From contig NC_045696.1 in assembly GCF_009834535.1 (NCBI RefSeq), positions 77,130,001 through 77,194,000 on the forward strand: a stretch of DNA of 64,000 nucleotides, read 5' to 3'. Below, piece by piece: positions 38,031 to 50,955 of the stretch. The notes beneath the pieces are model-generated. The model was not told where the DNA came from and ran no database searches. It worked only from the letters and a program-made list of their open reading frames with translations. The translations under genes were made by a program, and so were the position numbers. Source of the DNA: Camelus ferus (taxonomy: Eukaryota). Position 1 is the first letter of the stretch; each line of letters starts with the position of its first letter.

Positions 38031-40539
38031 GTAACTTATATTAATCTGTAAGCTAAATGGTTAGTCTACATTATAAATTTCATTGTAGTTAGTGTTTCCA
38101 CATCTAGAATCACTTTTCTAAAAATCTTTATCTGTATTGTGAAATGTTCAAACTCTTGTCCACAGAAATATCGTTTTCATATATAAAGATTTTTTTAACA
38201 CTTCCAGCTTGGTTTATCTCTAAAAAACGAGGATTCTGTAGTTATTTGCCCTTAAGTGAAATAGGAAAGAAACAAAAAACAGTGAGAAGCTTTCTCTGTC
38301 AAATCCTCCTTACACATTTTTTCGTTTCCCCTCTATTAACTCTGTCCTAGGGTTGAGAAGTCAGCTTCCTGAACTTTCATTTACATACTGCCCTGAAACT
38401 TGGACTCTGGTTGCAGCTTGTTAAATTTATTGACTCCAAGTCCCTTGAGCTATTGAAGACTCTGACTGACTGTGTCTGAGAGATGCCACTTGGAGTCAGT
38501 TGAAGCTTTTTGCTTTCTACCATTTTCACCATGAACAATTTATCTTACCTAGTTTTCCTTTTAAAAAAGAAAAACACTTATTCCAATATACTGGTTGTTT
38601 CATTTGCTAAAATATACAAACATGAAGGAGACATGACTCTGGAGAAAGCGCCAGGGTGTGTCTACGACAGAGCTGTCCGAGGAGTTCACCACAGGCTGGC
38701 AGTTTGGACGGACAGGGTCCTTGGCTGCAGCCAGCTCTGTGCTCGAGCTAGTGAGTCAGCATGAGATTTGTTTTCTAACAGCCTCAATACTTCCTTTCTG
38801 AAAGGAAGCCCTGAAGTTTAGGCAGTCAATCTATTTCTGAACAGTGGATATAAAATAAACAAGAAAGCGAAGGAATAGCAACATAACCAAATTTCCTCAG
38901 GATCCTGATTGACTTTTCACAGTGCTCAGGAAGGTGGGTTTGTTGTTGACTCCACTGAAGTTAGCCCCACACCCTCTGCCTCCCAAGACTGGGTGGGGGA
39001 ACATGGGATGCTCCCATCATGACAGGCCTGCCTCTGTGCTCTGAGCCCTTAAACACTGCGAAGGAATGTTTGCGTTAGCTTCCTCGCAGTGACGGAGTCC
39101 TGGGGCCAAGTGGCGGAGAATCAGTGGCTGGGATGGGTATATAAACTTAGCTGCTTCTCTGAACATGTGTTTTTACATTGGGACCTACAGAATGAACTGT
39201 GTAGAGTAAGTTAAAGCTAGACTTCGTACATGAAGAAACACGTTTTGCCATCTTGTTTTCTTGTGTTCCATTTATGTTCCTCAGAGATGATACTGTTTAT
39301 TTTTTCTTTATCCTATTTGTATCTTTCCCCCCTTTTTATATCCGAGTTATCTCTGTTCTTGCCATGTGAGTGCAGAAGAGAAGGCACATCAAGTCATGCC
39401 TTTACCAGCCATGACACTTGATTGGTAATTTTGCCAAGTTCTAAAATTATTTCAACCAGTAACTAACATTTTGAAATTAAAAGTTGTCATCTAAAAATTC
39501 CAACTTCGTGCCTCTGTTAAAAAAAACTGGATCATCTCAAAATACTGGGTTTACGTTCTCACATGGCAACAACTGCCTGGGCCGTGGAGGCTGGGGTCTT
39601 TCTGTAGGACCTGTGTTATCCACTCCCTCAGCATTGCCACCACTTCCTGTTTTCCATTACATCCCATCGGATTCATTCTTTGCATTCCTTGCGATTCCAA
39701 TACTTGGCCACTGCAAGTATTGGAATTTACATTCTTGACACAGTAAGGGGAGGACAGCATTGAATGAGGCTGGTGAGTTCAGCTGTATCAAGATCATATA
39801 GAGCCCTGGACTTGGGATTTTTAGATCAATGGTCTTAAGCAGAGGAAAGCAACCTCGTGTAATTAACATAATAGTACCATTAAGTAAATAGTTTATGCTT
39901 ACTGTAAAGGTGAGAAGATTGGCATTCAGAGGGTTGCAGAATCTCTTCCAAGTTCACTGAGCTGCTGTGACTAGAGGTACAAGTTTCCGATTCCAAAACA
40001 CATAGACTTTCTGCTGTCCGATGAACACAACTCTCTAATGAAACTGAAGATCATTTATCAGATTACTGTCAAACTAGCCATTGAAGTGAATGGTGAATAA
40101 AAGTTGGTCCTTGTATCTGGTGCTATAACTGATTATATTTATTTTGTGTTGGGTTAGAATCAGAGAACTATAGACCAGGCAGAACCTGCATTTAGAAATC
40201 AAGTGAAGAGGGGAAGTGTAAGGGACCAGGAAGTAGTTCAGACCCTGTAATAAAATGACCACATCCCATGGAATTTAATCATAAAAACTGAATTCTAAGC
40301 CAGTGTGCCAATATCTTCATTTCTCATGATCAATAGATTTGTTAAGAATGACTGAACAATATTTTATGGTTAAGGTCAGTTGCATTGGTCCAAGAGGGTG
40401 AATGCTTTCAAGAAACTGAACTACAGAACAGAAGTTTGCATAGACATTGTGGATGTCAAATAAAGGGGTTGCTTTAGATGAAAATTCCTTCCATCCTTCC
40501 CTCCTCCTTCCCTCCCTCCCTCCCTCCCTTTCTGCTTTT

Positions 40540-41600
40540 CAAGAATACATATTGAGGCTCTGCTCTGTCCATGATTTTCTGCCAGCATGGGGGACATGAT
40601 GGTAAATCAAACACATATTGACATATTCATATTCACATAAATAATTATACGGACTATGATAGGAGCAAGAAGAAAAAACATATAAGGTGTTGTGAGAATT
40701 TAATTATGTAACCTCACTTAGACTGGTGTATTAGATGACTCTCTTACAATGTGGCATTTAAGGTAAATCTGGGAAGAAGAGTAATAGTTTGTCGGGTGAA
40801 GGCTGGACAACGGAACTGTTCTGTTAATAGTAATAGTAGGCATTACAGCTCAGAAGGAAAATTTTGGAAGATTACTGTTGCTGACATGTCCTGAGCAATC
40901 AGAGAATGGCACAACTGAGATTGTGAGATAAAATGTAGGGCACCCAGTTAGAGTCACATTTCGTATACGCAGTGGATAATTTTTGAGTCTGAGAAATACT
41001 GTTTATCTGAAAACCCAGACCTGACCTGAGTCTGGAGAGAAACAGAGCAGCCAGATGAAGCAGGAGGTTGGAAAGTGCTCTAAGAACTTTGATTTTGTTC
41101 TCAGTTCACTGAGAATTGGTTTGAGCAGGTCAGAGATATGATTTATGCTTTAAAATTTTCACTCGTCTGCTCTGTGGAGAGTGGACCAGAAGGGCAAGAA
41201 TGGAGATAGAGAGGTAGTAATGAGGTGGTTGACAGAGTTCAGTTTAGAAAAGGCGGTGTGTTGGCCTGGGATTGTGGCAGTCATGCTGCAGGAAAGTGGT
41301 TTAGATCTGGAGATTTTGTGGGAATAGAATCAGGAAGACTTGGATGAGGGGCAAAGAGGAGATGCAATCATCCCAGATAATTCAGGTGGGAGGAGAGAGG
41401 GAGCATATACTAAAATGTAGACATGTCAATCTTTGGAGAATGTTTGAAGGGGGATTTTCACAAGTTAGTATTTGTCCGCGTTGAATTTGGGATGCTGGAA
41501 AGATGTCCAAGTATAGATGTCAAGTTGGCAGATGGATATGTAGGTCTGAGGCTGAGAAGAGAGCTATGGGCTAAAAATATAAATCTGTCTTCAGTCAGAT
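40540..41600 (-). mobile_element. L2 LINE 3' portion, with a decayed MER53-like insert at ~40915-41030
   Basis: aatacatattgaggctctgctctgt...gctctgtggagagtggac...gttgaatttgggatgc...gttggcagatggatatgtaggtctgag. Confidence 0.8.
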
Positions 41601-44526
41601 TATAATAGAACGGAAGTAACAGAGTTGGTTGCTTTTTTTGTTTGGCTTACTTAAATCACTCTCTTCTGGTTACTTCATTCTGAGAATGTACCTTGTGCTT
41701 TCGATGGATAATTGGGAGGCAATCTGGTTTAATCGCAAAATATTTAAAGAAACATCTCCTAGGGTGAGTTATGATAAAAATGGCCATCTGTTATCTTTTG
41801 ATTTTCTGTTTCTTTCTGTTTCCAAGGGTGATCCTCTAAGTTTGTCCTTCTGTTTGGGAGAGAATGATAGCCCATGTGCCACCCCTTGTCCTCTGCCGTT
41901 CATGGACCAGGGCATCAGGCTGATAATTCCTGAGATAGTGTGCAAGGTAGCTTGAAGGAAGGAGAGACAGGAAGATTTACAGTTTAATTTTTGCAAATCC
42001 AGGTCAAAATAGATTGGAAAGTAAATAAAAGGAACGAATTTGAGAGCAATTTCAGGGGACTGACAGAACCTCAAAGCTAACTGAAGATGTGCTCTAAGGA
42101 CAGAAGATGACTCAAGAATTTTTCTTCTTGTGTTTTTCTTCCACACATCATAGAACTAAAACACATGATGCATTTCTCAAGTTATTTCTACCACTAACTC
42201 AAGTAAAGAGGCTGGCTGGCTAATGGAAAATTCCAGAGGGGAAATTTAGGAATTTCTGAAAGCTCTGGATACAGCTGTTGGATCCAGAATTATAATGGGA
42301 CCCAGAAAGCCTGAATGCCACCTTATCTGAATGTGGAGACAGACTGCTGTCTCAAGGCACTGTTTTTTGGAATGGTAGGAGATGTCCATTCACTACGATC
42401 CCTTAGTTTAAAAATTATCATGGACATGAGAACATGAAATTGGGGAAGATTAAAAGTGGTCAAAGTGATATTTGTTTTTCTCATTCCTTTTCTTTCTCTG
42501 TTTTTGAGATTAAAGTACAGAATTATCAACGAAGCTTTATTTACCTATACTGTTCATAATGAGAAAAGTCATAAAAAAGATAGATTTTCTTGCATATTTT
42601 AAAAAACTTTCCCGAGTACCCATTATCTTTATTAAGTAGAAAAGTTTAGTTGTGTACATTGTGGATTGTGTATTATATCATTTTAACTTGAAGGAATTCC
42701 AGCATTTTTTGGTTCATTTTTATGAAGCATATGTGTAGCACATTACGTTAAAAACTCTTTAAAATAATTTATTAGTTCCTTTTCAAAGTGCCTCTTTGAG
42801 ACAGGGAGCTGGAAAGTTTTATATTACACAAATGTTCATGGTCATGTTGTGAAATGAGTGAGTTGCTTGATGTGACTTTTGTCCTTTCAACAGAAATTGC
42901 CTATCTCCTTGCGTTAATAGGATTCCAAGTTTAAGTTGAAGAAAGGAAATTACTAAAAATGCAGATCTTCAACAAAATAATAATTGTGGACTTCAAAAAT
43001 GAATAAATTAAACTTCAACTATTAAAATACATTAGTAAACAATATTTTCATGAGTAATAACTGTATTTTAGAGGGTGTAGGACTAAGACATGAACCAGGA
43101 AGAGTGGCTTTGTAGAAGGGGCCACTTAAGATGAAAGAGGAGAATAATTTGATCTTCTTTACCTAAAATCCATATGGCCACTGTCTATTTTTAAAGTATC
43201 AAGCAGAACTTGGAGTACTCTGTATAAAAATACAGAAAAGGAGCTAGCATTTGATTAATATTGTCAACAATATCCTCTTACCCCTTGTCGTTAGTCAAGA
43301 TCTTACTTCAGTAAGTGAAGATTGTTCAGAGTATCTTAAATGTTCTGTGTTCGTGTTGTGTACGGACATTGGATAGAATTTACTATTAGGCCACATCAAA
43401 ATAACCATGAATCTGTAAATCACTTTCCAGGCTTTAAGGGTCAGTTTAAAGATCTAGCTATCATGGTATCAACCTTTGGTGTCACCTTACATTTTTGACA
43501 TACATCTTTCCTTAAAATTCTCAAGAATGACATGCCCAGATTAATTTTCCAGGCAGTGCCACAGTTATTTTAGATAAAACAAGTGGCACACTTACTCTTT
43601 TTCTGAGATTAAATAACTTGGATAAAAGTTTTTTTATAATTTTCACAAATAATTGCTTTGAGTTCTAAATTCTTAGCTGGAGATGGTGGGGGCAGGGTAG
43701 TAGGATGAAGTTAAGAAGCAACTCCCTGAAGTAGCAGATGGGAAGAAAAGATTCATTTTGATGCTTGGAGAGGAGCTCATATGCACATATATTGTATAAT
43801 AATAGCAATAATAGTAAAAATTACAATAATTTGTAATAATAATAATAATGTAGTCATTTTAGCAGTTTTTTATTCTAATTCAACCCTTACTACACCTCTA
43901 CAGTATTCAAAATCATATTACATATTTTCTTATACTGTCCTCATGGTAAAATATGGGTGTTACCTTATCATTAAATTTGGATTTAATTAAGCCTTTAAAG
44001 GGAGCCTATTCAGAAAGTTTTAGACTCAGAAATGGCAAGAAATTTCTGAGTTCCTACCAACTCTGACATAACTGTAGTTGATAATTGGTTCAATGTATCT
44101 GTTATGGGACCTAAGAGTCAACACTTTATGAAATTCTACAGGTGTTTCTGTTTTATAGGCAGATAGCTTGGGTACATTTATGTAAACTAAAACTAATACA
44201 AAATCATAGTTGATGTCTTTTTATCAGTTGCTAGGCCAGTTTCTGAGAATTAATTGAATTGATCCTATTTGCCTGTATTTCAGTTCCAGGAGCAACAAAT
44301 GTGGCATTAAGACCCATTATTAAACTTCTGGTGGTGTTTTAGATTGTATTTGTAGTTTTCTACATCATATCTCTTTTTGAATTATCTGCACCTATAATAA
44401 TAATGAGTATAATAACACTTTATATTTGAATAATGATGATAAATCTACCATTTGTTGATAGTTTCCCAGACTCTGTGAGATGCTAATCCCCACAGTATCT
44501 TGCTAGATATGTATTATTATCACAAA

Positions 44527-45175
44527 TTTTTTGTCTTTTTATATATATAATATATATATATTTTAATTGAAGTATAGTCAGTTTACAGTGTGTCAATTTC
44601 TGGTGTACAGCATAATGCTTCAGTCATATATGAACATACATATATCATATATTCATTTTCATATTATTTTTCACCATAAGTTATTACAAGATATTGAATC
44701 GAGTTCCCTGTGCTATATAGTATGAACTTGTTGTTTATATATTTTATATGTATTAGTAGTATCTACAAATCTTGAACTCCCAATTTATCCCTTCCCACCT
44801 CCCTGGTAACCATAAGTTTGTTTCTATGTCTGTGAGTCTGTTTCTGTTTTGTAAATAAGTTCGTTTGTCTTTTTTTTAGATTCCACATATAAGTGATATC
44901 ATAGGGTATTTTTCTTTCTCTTTCTGGCTTACTTCACTTAGAATGACAATCTCCAGGTCCATCCGTGTTGCTGCAAATGGCATTATTTTATTCTTTTAAT
45001 GGCTGAGTAGTATTCCATTGTATAAATATACCACAGCTTCTTTATCCAGTCATCTGTCAATGGACATTTAGGTTGTTTCCATGTCTTGGCTATTGTAAAT
45101 AGTGCTGCTATGAACATTGGGGGTGCATGTATCTTTTTGAATTAAGGTTCCCTCTGGATATATACCTAGGAATTG
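44527..45175 (-). mobile_element. 5'-truncated camelid-type L1 (ORF2 end plus 3' UTR) inserted into a MIR
   Basis: aattgaagtatagtcagtttacag...ggtaaccataagtttg...gattccacatataagtgatatcat...atggacatttaggttgtttccatgtcttggctattgtaaatagtgctgc; MIR halves at ~44440-44526 and ~45176-45275. Confidence 0.95.
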
Positions 45176-45735
45176 TTACAATTTTATACATGACGATATG
45201 GTTGGAAGAGGACTCCTCTAGTCAGGGCAGAAGCCAGAATTAGAATGCATGTCTATTTGGCTCTGTAGCCAGAGGTTTTTGTTTTTGTTTTTGTTTTTCT
45301 TTTTCTCTACAGTATTAGAATATGTAGAGATTCTAGTATAAACTATACCTTTTTTTTAATAGTTTATAAATCAATTCATAGATATTACCTAATTTATCTT
45401 CACAACACCACCATGGGCTAAGTTTGCTAGGAAAACTAACATTAATATTCTGTTTTGAGTTCCAGAGTTTAAATGACTTTCTCAAGTTCAGATATTCAGA
45501 TTTTTGTTTAAATTCTGGTGATCTAGCATCTCTATTTTCTTCTCCTGCAGACTACTTCAGACTACTTACTACTTTGTACAAGGGACCAGGGAAATATAAA
45601 GATATAGAAGATGCTGCTTGGGACTAACAGAGAGGCTTCAGTATGTCATAGGTCACCTACACACTTTTACTTAATAGTGCAAGGAAATACTCTACATGCA
45701 TAAAGACAGTAAAAGCAACAGAAGTTTAGAGGAAA

Positions 45736-45738
<3 letters not shown>

Positions 45739-45788
<50 letters not shown>
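45739..45788. repeat. (GT)25 microsatellite
   Basis: Read directly from the sequence. Confidence 0.98.
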
Positions 45789-45789
<1 letters not shown>

Positions 45790-48029
45790 TGATCAGAGAG
45801 GTGGGACTTGAGTTGAATTTTAAAGGAAGGGTAACATTTGACATATAGAACTGAGTGGAGATTGTATATTAGGTAAAAAGATGAGAAATAGCTGAATTAT
45901 TGTTTGGCAGTTTTTTTTCTCTTTGGTAATCCTCCTTGGCAATTAAATTAAAACAAAAAACAAAACAAAACTAAAAAACTTTTGATAGGAACCTCCAGTG
46001 AGTGAGTCATTCTTCTCAGATTTAAATACATCTCAGAAGTTCAAAGTTTTTTTTTTCTTTTTTTTTTTTTCAGGATACATTTCTCTTTTGTAATTACACA
46101 GGCAGTGATTTTAAAGCATCTGCCGAAAGATTCCAAATAATTGTTTACTTTTGTTTTTCATTACCTGCCATGTAAATGTACTAGCTGCTTTCTATATCAT
46201 CCCAGGGTCAAATCACTCAGCATTTTAAAACTGTGGGCATTTCATCAGCATTTTGTTTCCTTATGTTAGGCTTGTGTTCTTTCCCTTCCAGTGATTAAAC
46301 TTTATGTGTTGAAATTTTGAGAACCTTTTGTTCGTGACTCACCAGTCATCACTGGAAGATGTTTCTTATCTTCTAGCAAGATGACTTCTTTTTTTTTCAG
46401 AAAAACAGTCTATGGAGCTAGACTATACTTATTATAAATTATGTTTTAACAAATATGGAAAGTTTTTTTTAGCTTTGTTCTTTTAACTCGTCCTCAGGCT
46501 TTTGATAATGATAAGCACAGGAAGATAATGTTTTTATGGATGATTATCTAAATCATCAAGAAATTTCCTTATATAGTAGTTCTTCCCCTTCAAGAAAAAA
46601 GATTTTTAAAAACATTTCTGCAGGAGCAACGTTAATTTTAGTTAGCGTAAGTTGTGACAATAAACAGCCTTTGAGATTGAGTAAGTTTACCTATAATCAT
46701 AATATCCTCATTTTATTTTGCCTTACTCCATTCTAGTTTTGGCTCTGTTTCTTTCTCTCTCTCTCTTTCTCTGTCTCTCTCTGTCCATCCACACACACAG
46801 GTAAAATACTCATGCTGTTTTGAGTACTGCTTTTGACCATTACTGTGTTATAAAAAAATTTGTTTGGACTTTCTGCCCTTTCTTCATAATTTTATTTTAT
46901 TGTTTTGCTCTTTTAAATTGTTTGCCTATTATTGGGCAAGATACAAACATGACATATGTTCTCTTTTATTCCTGTTTTTCTTTTCCCTTCGGTCGTGACC
47001 TCTCTTCTGATCTTTTGTTCATTTCTGGTAGATTAAAAGTAGGAGTAAAAGGATGGAGCTTATCAAATAAGGAACATTTAAGCAAGACACCTTAATTATG
47101 GCCAAGACCAATACTCTGCAGGTACCAATGCAACATTCAGTAGCACCACTTGTGAAAGTTTCTGTGTCCTCATTCCTTTACTCTGAGGAAACATGGTAGC
47201 AGAAAGCACATCACTGAATGTGCATCTGGTCCACGCAAAGTCAGAACTTAGACTCGGGTCCCCTGATTTCTCTAAAAGAATGTGATTGGATTTATGGCCT
47301 TTGTAATGTGTGAGACTGGCCATGTATTAGGTGGAAAACAAAAGCTAGACTTGTGAGGATTTAGAGATGCTAGCAGATGATTGCTGCAGATTGAGAATCT
47401 GGAGAGGAGTCACATATAACCGTACACGCCATTAAAGCTTTAAATGGTGCGAGAAAGTCTGACTGAATAGATATCAACTAAGAGAGGATGAATGGGGTAG
47501 AACAGGTTTGCTGGTTCTGCGTCATTGTATTTCCACTTTGCATCTTGTCAACTAGCTAAAGGGTCTAGTTCTCATTTCTTTTCAGTCCTATTGCATCTTA
47601 ATTATACTATTGTGAATTGAGAATCTATCCTTCACACAGATGTCTACAACTCCATTTTAGTAGTCTTAAAAAAATAACTGGAAATGTGGTAGTGAGGTTG
47701 ACAGAGGAACCGATTAGTATATTTAATTATTACATTAAACTGTTTTGTCATAGGCTGGCAAAAGATACCTTGATTTCCTCCTATTAATTCTTCTCCCTCC
47801 TTTCGAAATTCTGTTTGAGGTGAATTCTGTTGAAATCAGTTAGCATGATGAGATTGAGGAAGCTTTAAAAAAAATTGACTGATGATTTTTTTCATGTCAG
47901 GTTCATGTCAGGTTGCACATCTGGCGCTCTCAAAAATTAGGAAGGTGAGAAACATGTTGACTTAATGGAAAGAAAGAACATGGGTCCCTTCATCTGCATT
48001 TCATTGGGCGGTGTTTTAATCCTAAACCT

Positions 48030-48990
48030 GTCATTTGAGCCTGTTACTTTGCCTCTTCTAAACTCAGTTTGTTCATTTTCAGTATGGAAAGGATGGTGAT
48101 GATACATAATAAACTAACTCACAGAGCTTCTTGAGTGCATCACATGAGGAAATGAAGGTAACTGTGCTTTATGAAGGACTATGCATATGTGAGGAAGACT
48201 TGTTAGCATCCCTGATCAGCTTTTACCACACCTGTTTGCATGAGGCGGTGTACCTGTCATTAGTAATGATGCTACAAAAATCTCTGTTTTTTGAATAGAG
48301 AATTTTTTATCTATTTGTTACAAATGCTAAATATGATACAGAGATTTATTTTTTGATGTGAGAATTGACCATTTAATTTATTAAAATTTATTCTGTAGTG
48401 TGCTTATACTAAGCAGTTTTATTACATGATCTCATTATGCCCTGATGCTTAGCGAGGCTCATTTTTTGAATATCGCACGCAAGTAAAGGGCAGGTTTAGG
48501 ATTTAAACACCTGTAAGCCTGGTTCCCATGTTGCTGCTTCCATGTCCTGAGCAGGCTGCTTCCTGACTTGGCCTTATCTTTATCCATTATTTACTCTCTT
48601 GATACTGAAAACTACTTACCTTGCTTTTCAGATGTATTAACCCTGGTCCAGTGAATTGACAATCTGAATCAGAAAACAGTTGCAGTAGAGACCAAAACAA
48701 ACTCAAACACTAGATACATTTTCAGATGACCTCATTTTAGGTGGTAGACAAGGATAAATTTGTATAATTTATATATGTGGGGTAGGTGAGGCATTTAGCA
48801 TATGTATAAGGCAAGGAATACCAACAAAGAAGACATTCTTGTGGTAAAGTCCAAGTTATGGGCATTAAATGCACTGGAGGCAAAAGCCCTGGTTTACACA
48901 GGTCACTCTGCCTCTCGGAACCATTCAGTGTCTCTATCTATAAAGTGGGGATTTAGAAATATTTCTTAGATTAGAGTGACATTGTATATA
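48030..48990. mobile_element. three decayed MIR fragments (~48030-48200 +, ~48400-48550 -, ~48860-48990 +)
   Basis: ctcagtttgttcattttcagtatgg; attacatgatctcatt...aggatttaaacacc; cctggtttacac...ctctgcctc...ctataaagtgggga. Confidence 0.55.
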
Positions 48991-50084
48991 AGAGGTCACA
49001 GTACCAATGAGTGGAGAGAGATTTTAACCTAGTAGGGAAATTGAATTTCTTGTGCCCAGTTTTTGGATTTATTTTCAAGTCTTGATTTAGATACTTTGCC
49101 TTTGTTTCATGCTGGTAGTGACTGACTCAAACACCAGCATTGGCATTTTTTTCTCATGTGTGCAAAGCATCTCTTATGGAAACAAAATTAAAATAATGGT
49201 TCAGCTCCACCCAGAAATGTCAAGTTGCAGCCATTAGCAAGCTATAGTAAAATGTTTGGAATATATCAATAATGGATTACAGTATAAATATTTATGGAGT
49301 GCTGTGAGGTAGTTAGTTTCCATCAAGCTGGGGACATGCAAAATTGAATAGATACTGACAGTAAACAAGACTTTGATTAAGTGGTTGTGGCATAATCCTT
49401 TTCCAATATTAAACAAATACCATCTTTAAGATTGTTTGATGTAAGGCAGATTTTGGAATTTTGATAGCAAGAAGAATCTTTCTAATAGAATATGTTGTTT
49501 TAATGGATTATGAATATAGAATGACTTTGTAAATATCTATATTTTCTTTCTAAGTTTACACAGTAGGTAGGAAAAAATAAGAGAAATATGCCTGTATAAT
49601 AATGCCCAGATATTTTGGAAATAAAAAAGTAAAATACTTAACACTTTTGTCCCCAAATATAAGTGACTGTCCTATTAAGGCATTCAAATTGGTTTGAACA
49701 TTTCTTTTTTCTATGTTGCCACTTGATTTTCTTCCTCTGGGAGCCTCTATTAAGAAAGACTAATACTTCCAGAGAAGTGTGGACATTCTTTTTCAGTGGC
49801 CTTTTAGAATTGAATTGTATACATACAATAGTTGTAATAAGACCTTAGCACAAGCATTATCTCTAAACTGTTGTCTGAATTTCTCAGAACATGAAAGATG
49901 TCATTTCTGGATCAAAAGCCTTCTTATGGAATGGGTCCACAACTAAGCCAGCCCCATGGTGTCCCTGAAGAATTATTGCAGGCAAATGCTGTAAGCCCTT
50001 TTAGAATATCACAGAGATTCCACAGGCCATATCTTTTTGCTACTGCCTACGGTAGTAGCTATTTTATTTTATGTTTTTTCACTT

Positions 50085-50337
50085 TATTTATTTAGTTATT
50101 GAAGTATAGTCAGTTTACATTATCATTTCAATTTCTGGTGTACAGCATGATGATTCAGTAATACATGCATGTACATATATTCATTTTCATATTCTTTTTC
50201 ACCAGAGGTTACTACAAGATATTGAATGTATTTCCCTGTGCTGTAGCAGAAGAAACTTGTTGTTTATCTGCTTTACATATAGTAGTTAGTATCTGCCAGT
50301 CTCGAACTCCCAGTTTATCCCTTCCCACCCCCTTTTT
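50085..50337 (-). mobile_element. 5'-truncated camelid-type L1 3' UTR
   Basis: attgaagtatagtcagttta...tttctggtgtacagcat...ggttactacaagatattgaat...ttccctgtgctgtag...ctcccagtttatcccttccc. Confidence 0.92.
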
Positions 50338-50749
50338 CCTAAGTGCTTTACATATATGAACTGACATAAAACGTATGGCAAAGCTGCTAAAAATTATATA
50401 CTCCAAACTTGGAGACAGGGCAAAATGATTATTTCTTGATTTTTTAAAGTTCATGCTAGATCATTTTCCAGTGAGCCCATCTGAGTATCGTCTGACACAC
50501 GCAGAGGCTGTGACTTTGGCTGACAATCAATGACTGATAAATGTACAGGCAGTTTATGGCCTTTCAGGTTAGAAGTTGACCTGCAGAAATGAATAAGTTC
50601 CTATCCTTTAATAGCCCTGGAGATATATCAACTTCAAAGGTAATATGGTTTTATAGCTCTGTTGAAATTTAACCTAGCGAACACTACATCCAATTTGCAA
50701 TTTTACTTTGGCGTTCCTTTGTAGCTATTTTATATGTTAGGTAACATTT

Positions 50750-50955
50750 TACCAAGTGCTAACTAGGACTTTGTTGGAGAATTTTATCTATTTAGCTATT
50801 ACACTTATGCCAGTGTTATCCTCATTTGATAGACAATGAAATTATGGCAAAGCAAGCTTAAATAATTTGCCCAAATTCAAGCAGCTGGGAAGGAGGTCTA
50901 GCTGGGTTTCAAGTCCGTGTATTTTGGCTTAAAAGTCTATTTTCTTCACCATAAG
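50750..50955 (-). mobile_element. MIR SINE
   Basis: gttatcctcatttgatagacaatgaaat...ttaaataatttgcccaa. Confidence 0.7.

Noticed and set aside
47892..47913. Tandem duplication (ttcatgtcagg)x2 and a nearby CTCF-like catctggcgc
   Set aside because: An ordinary short slippage duplication, and the CTCF match is poor
50268..50357. Direct repeat tgctttacatata that looks like a TSD
   Set aside because: One copy lies inside the L1 body and the other looks like a MIR-type flank phrase, so the geometry does not fit a TSD
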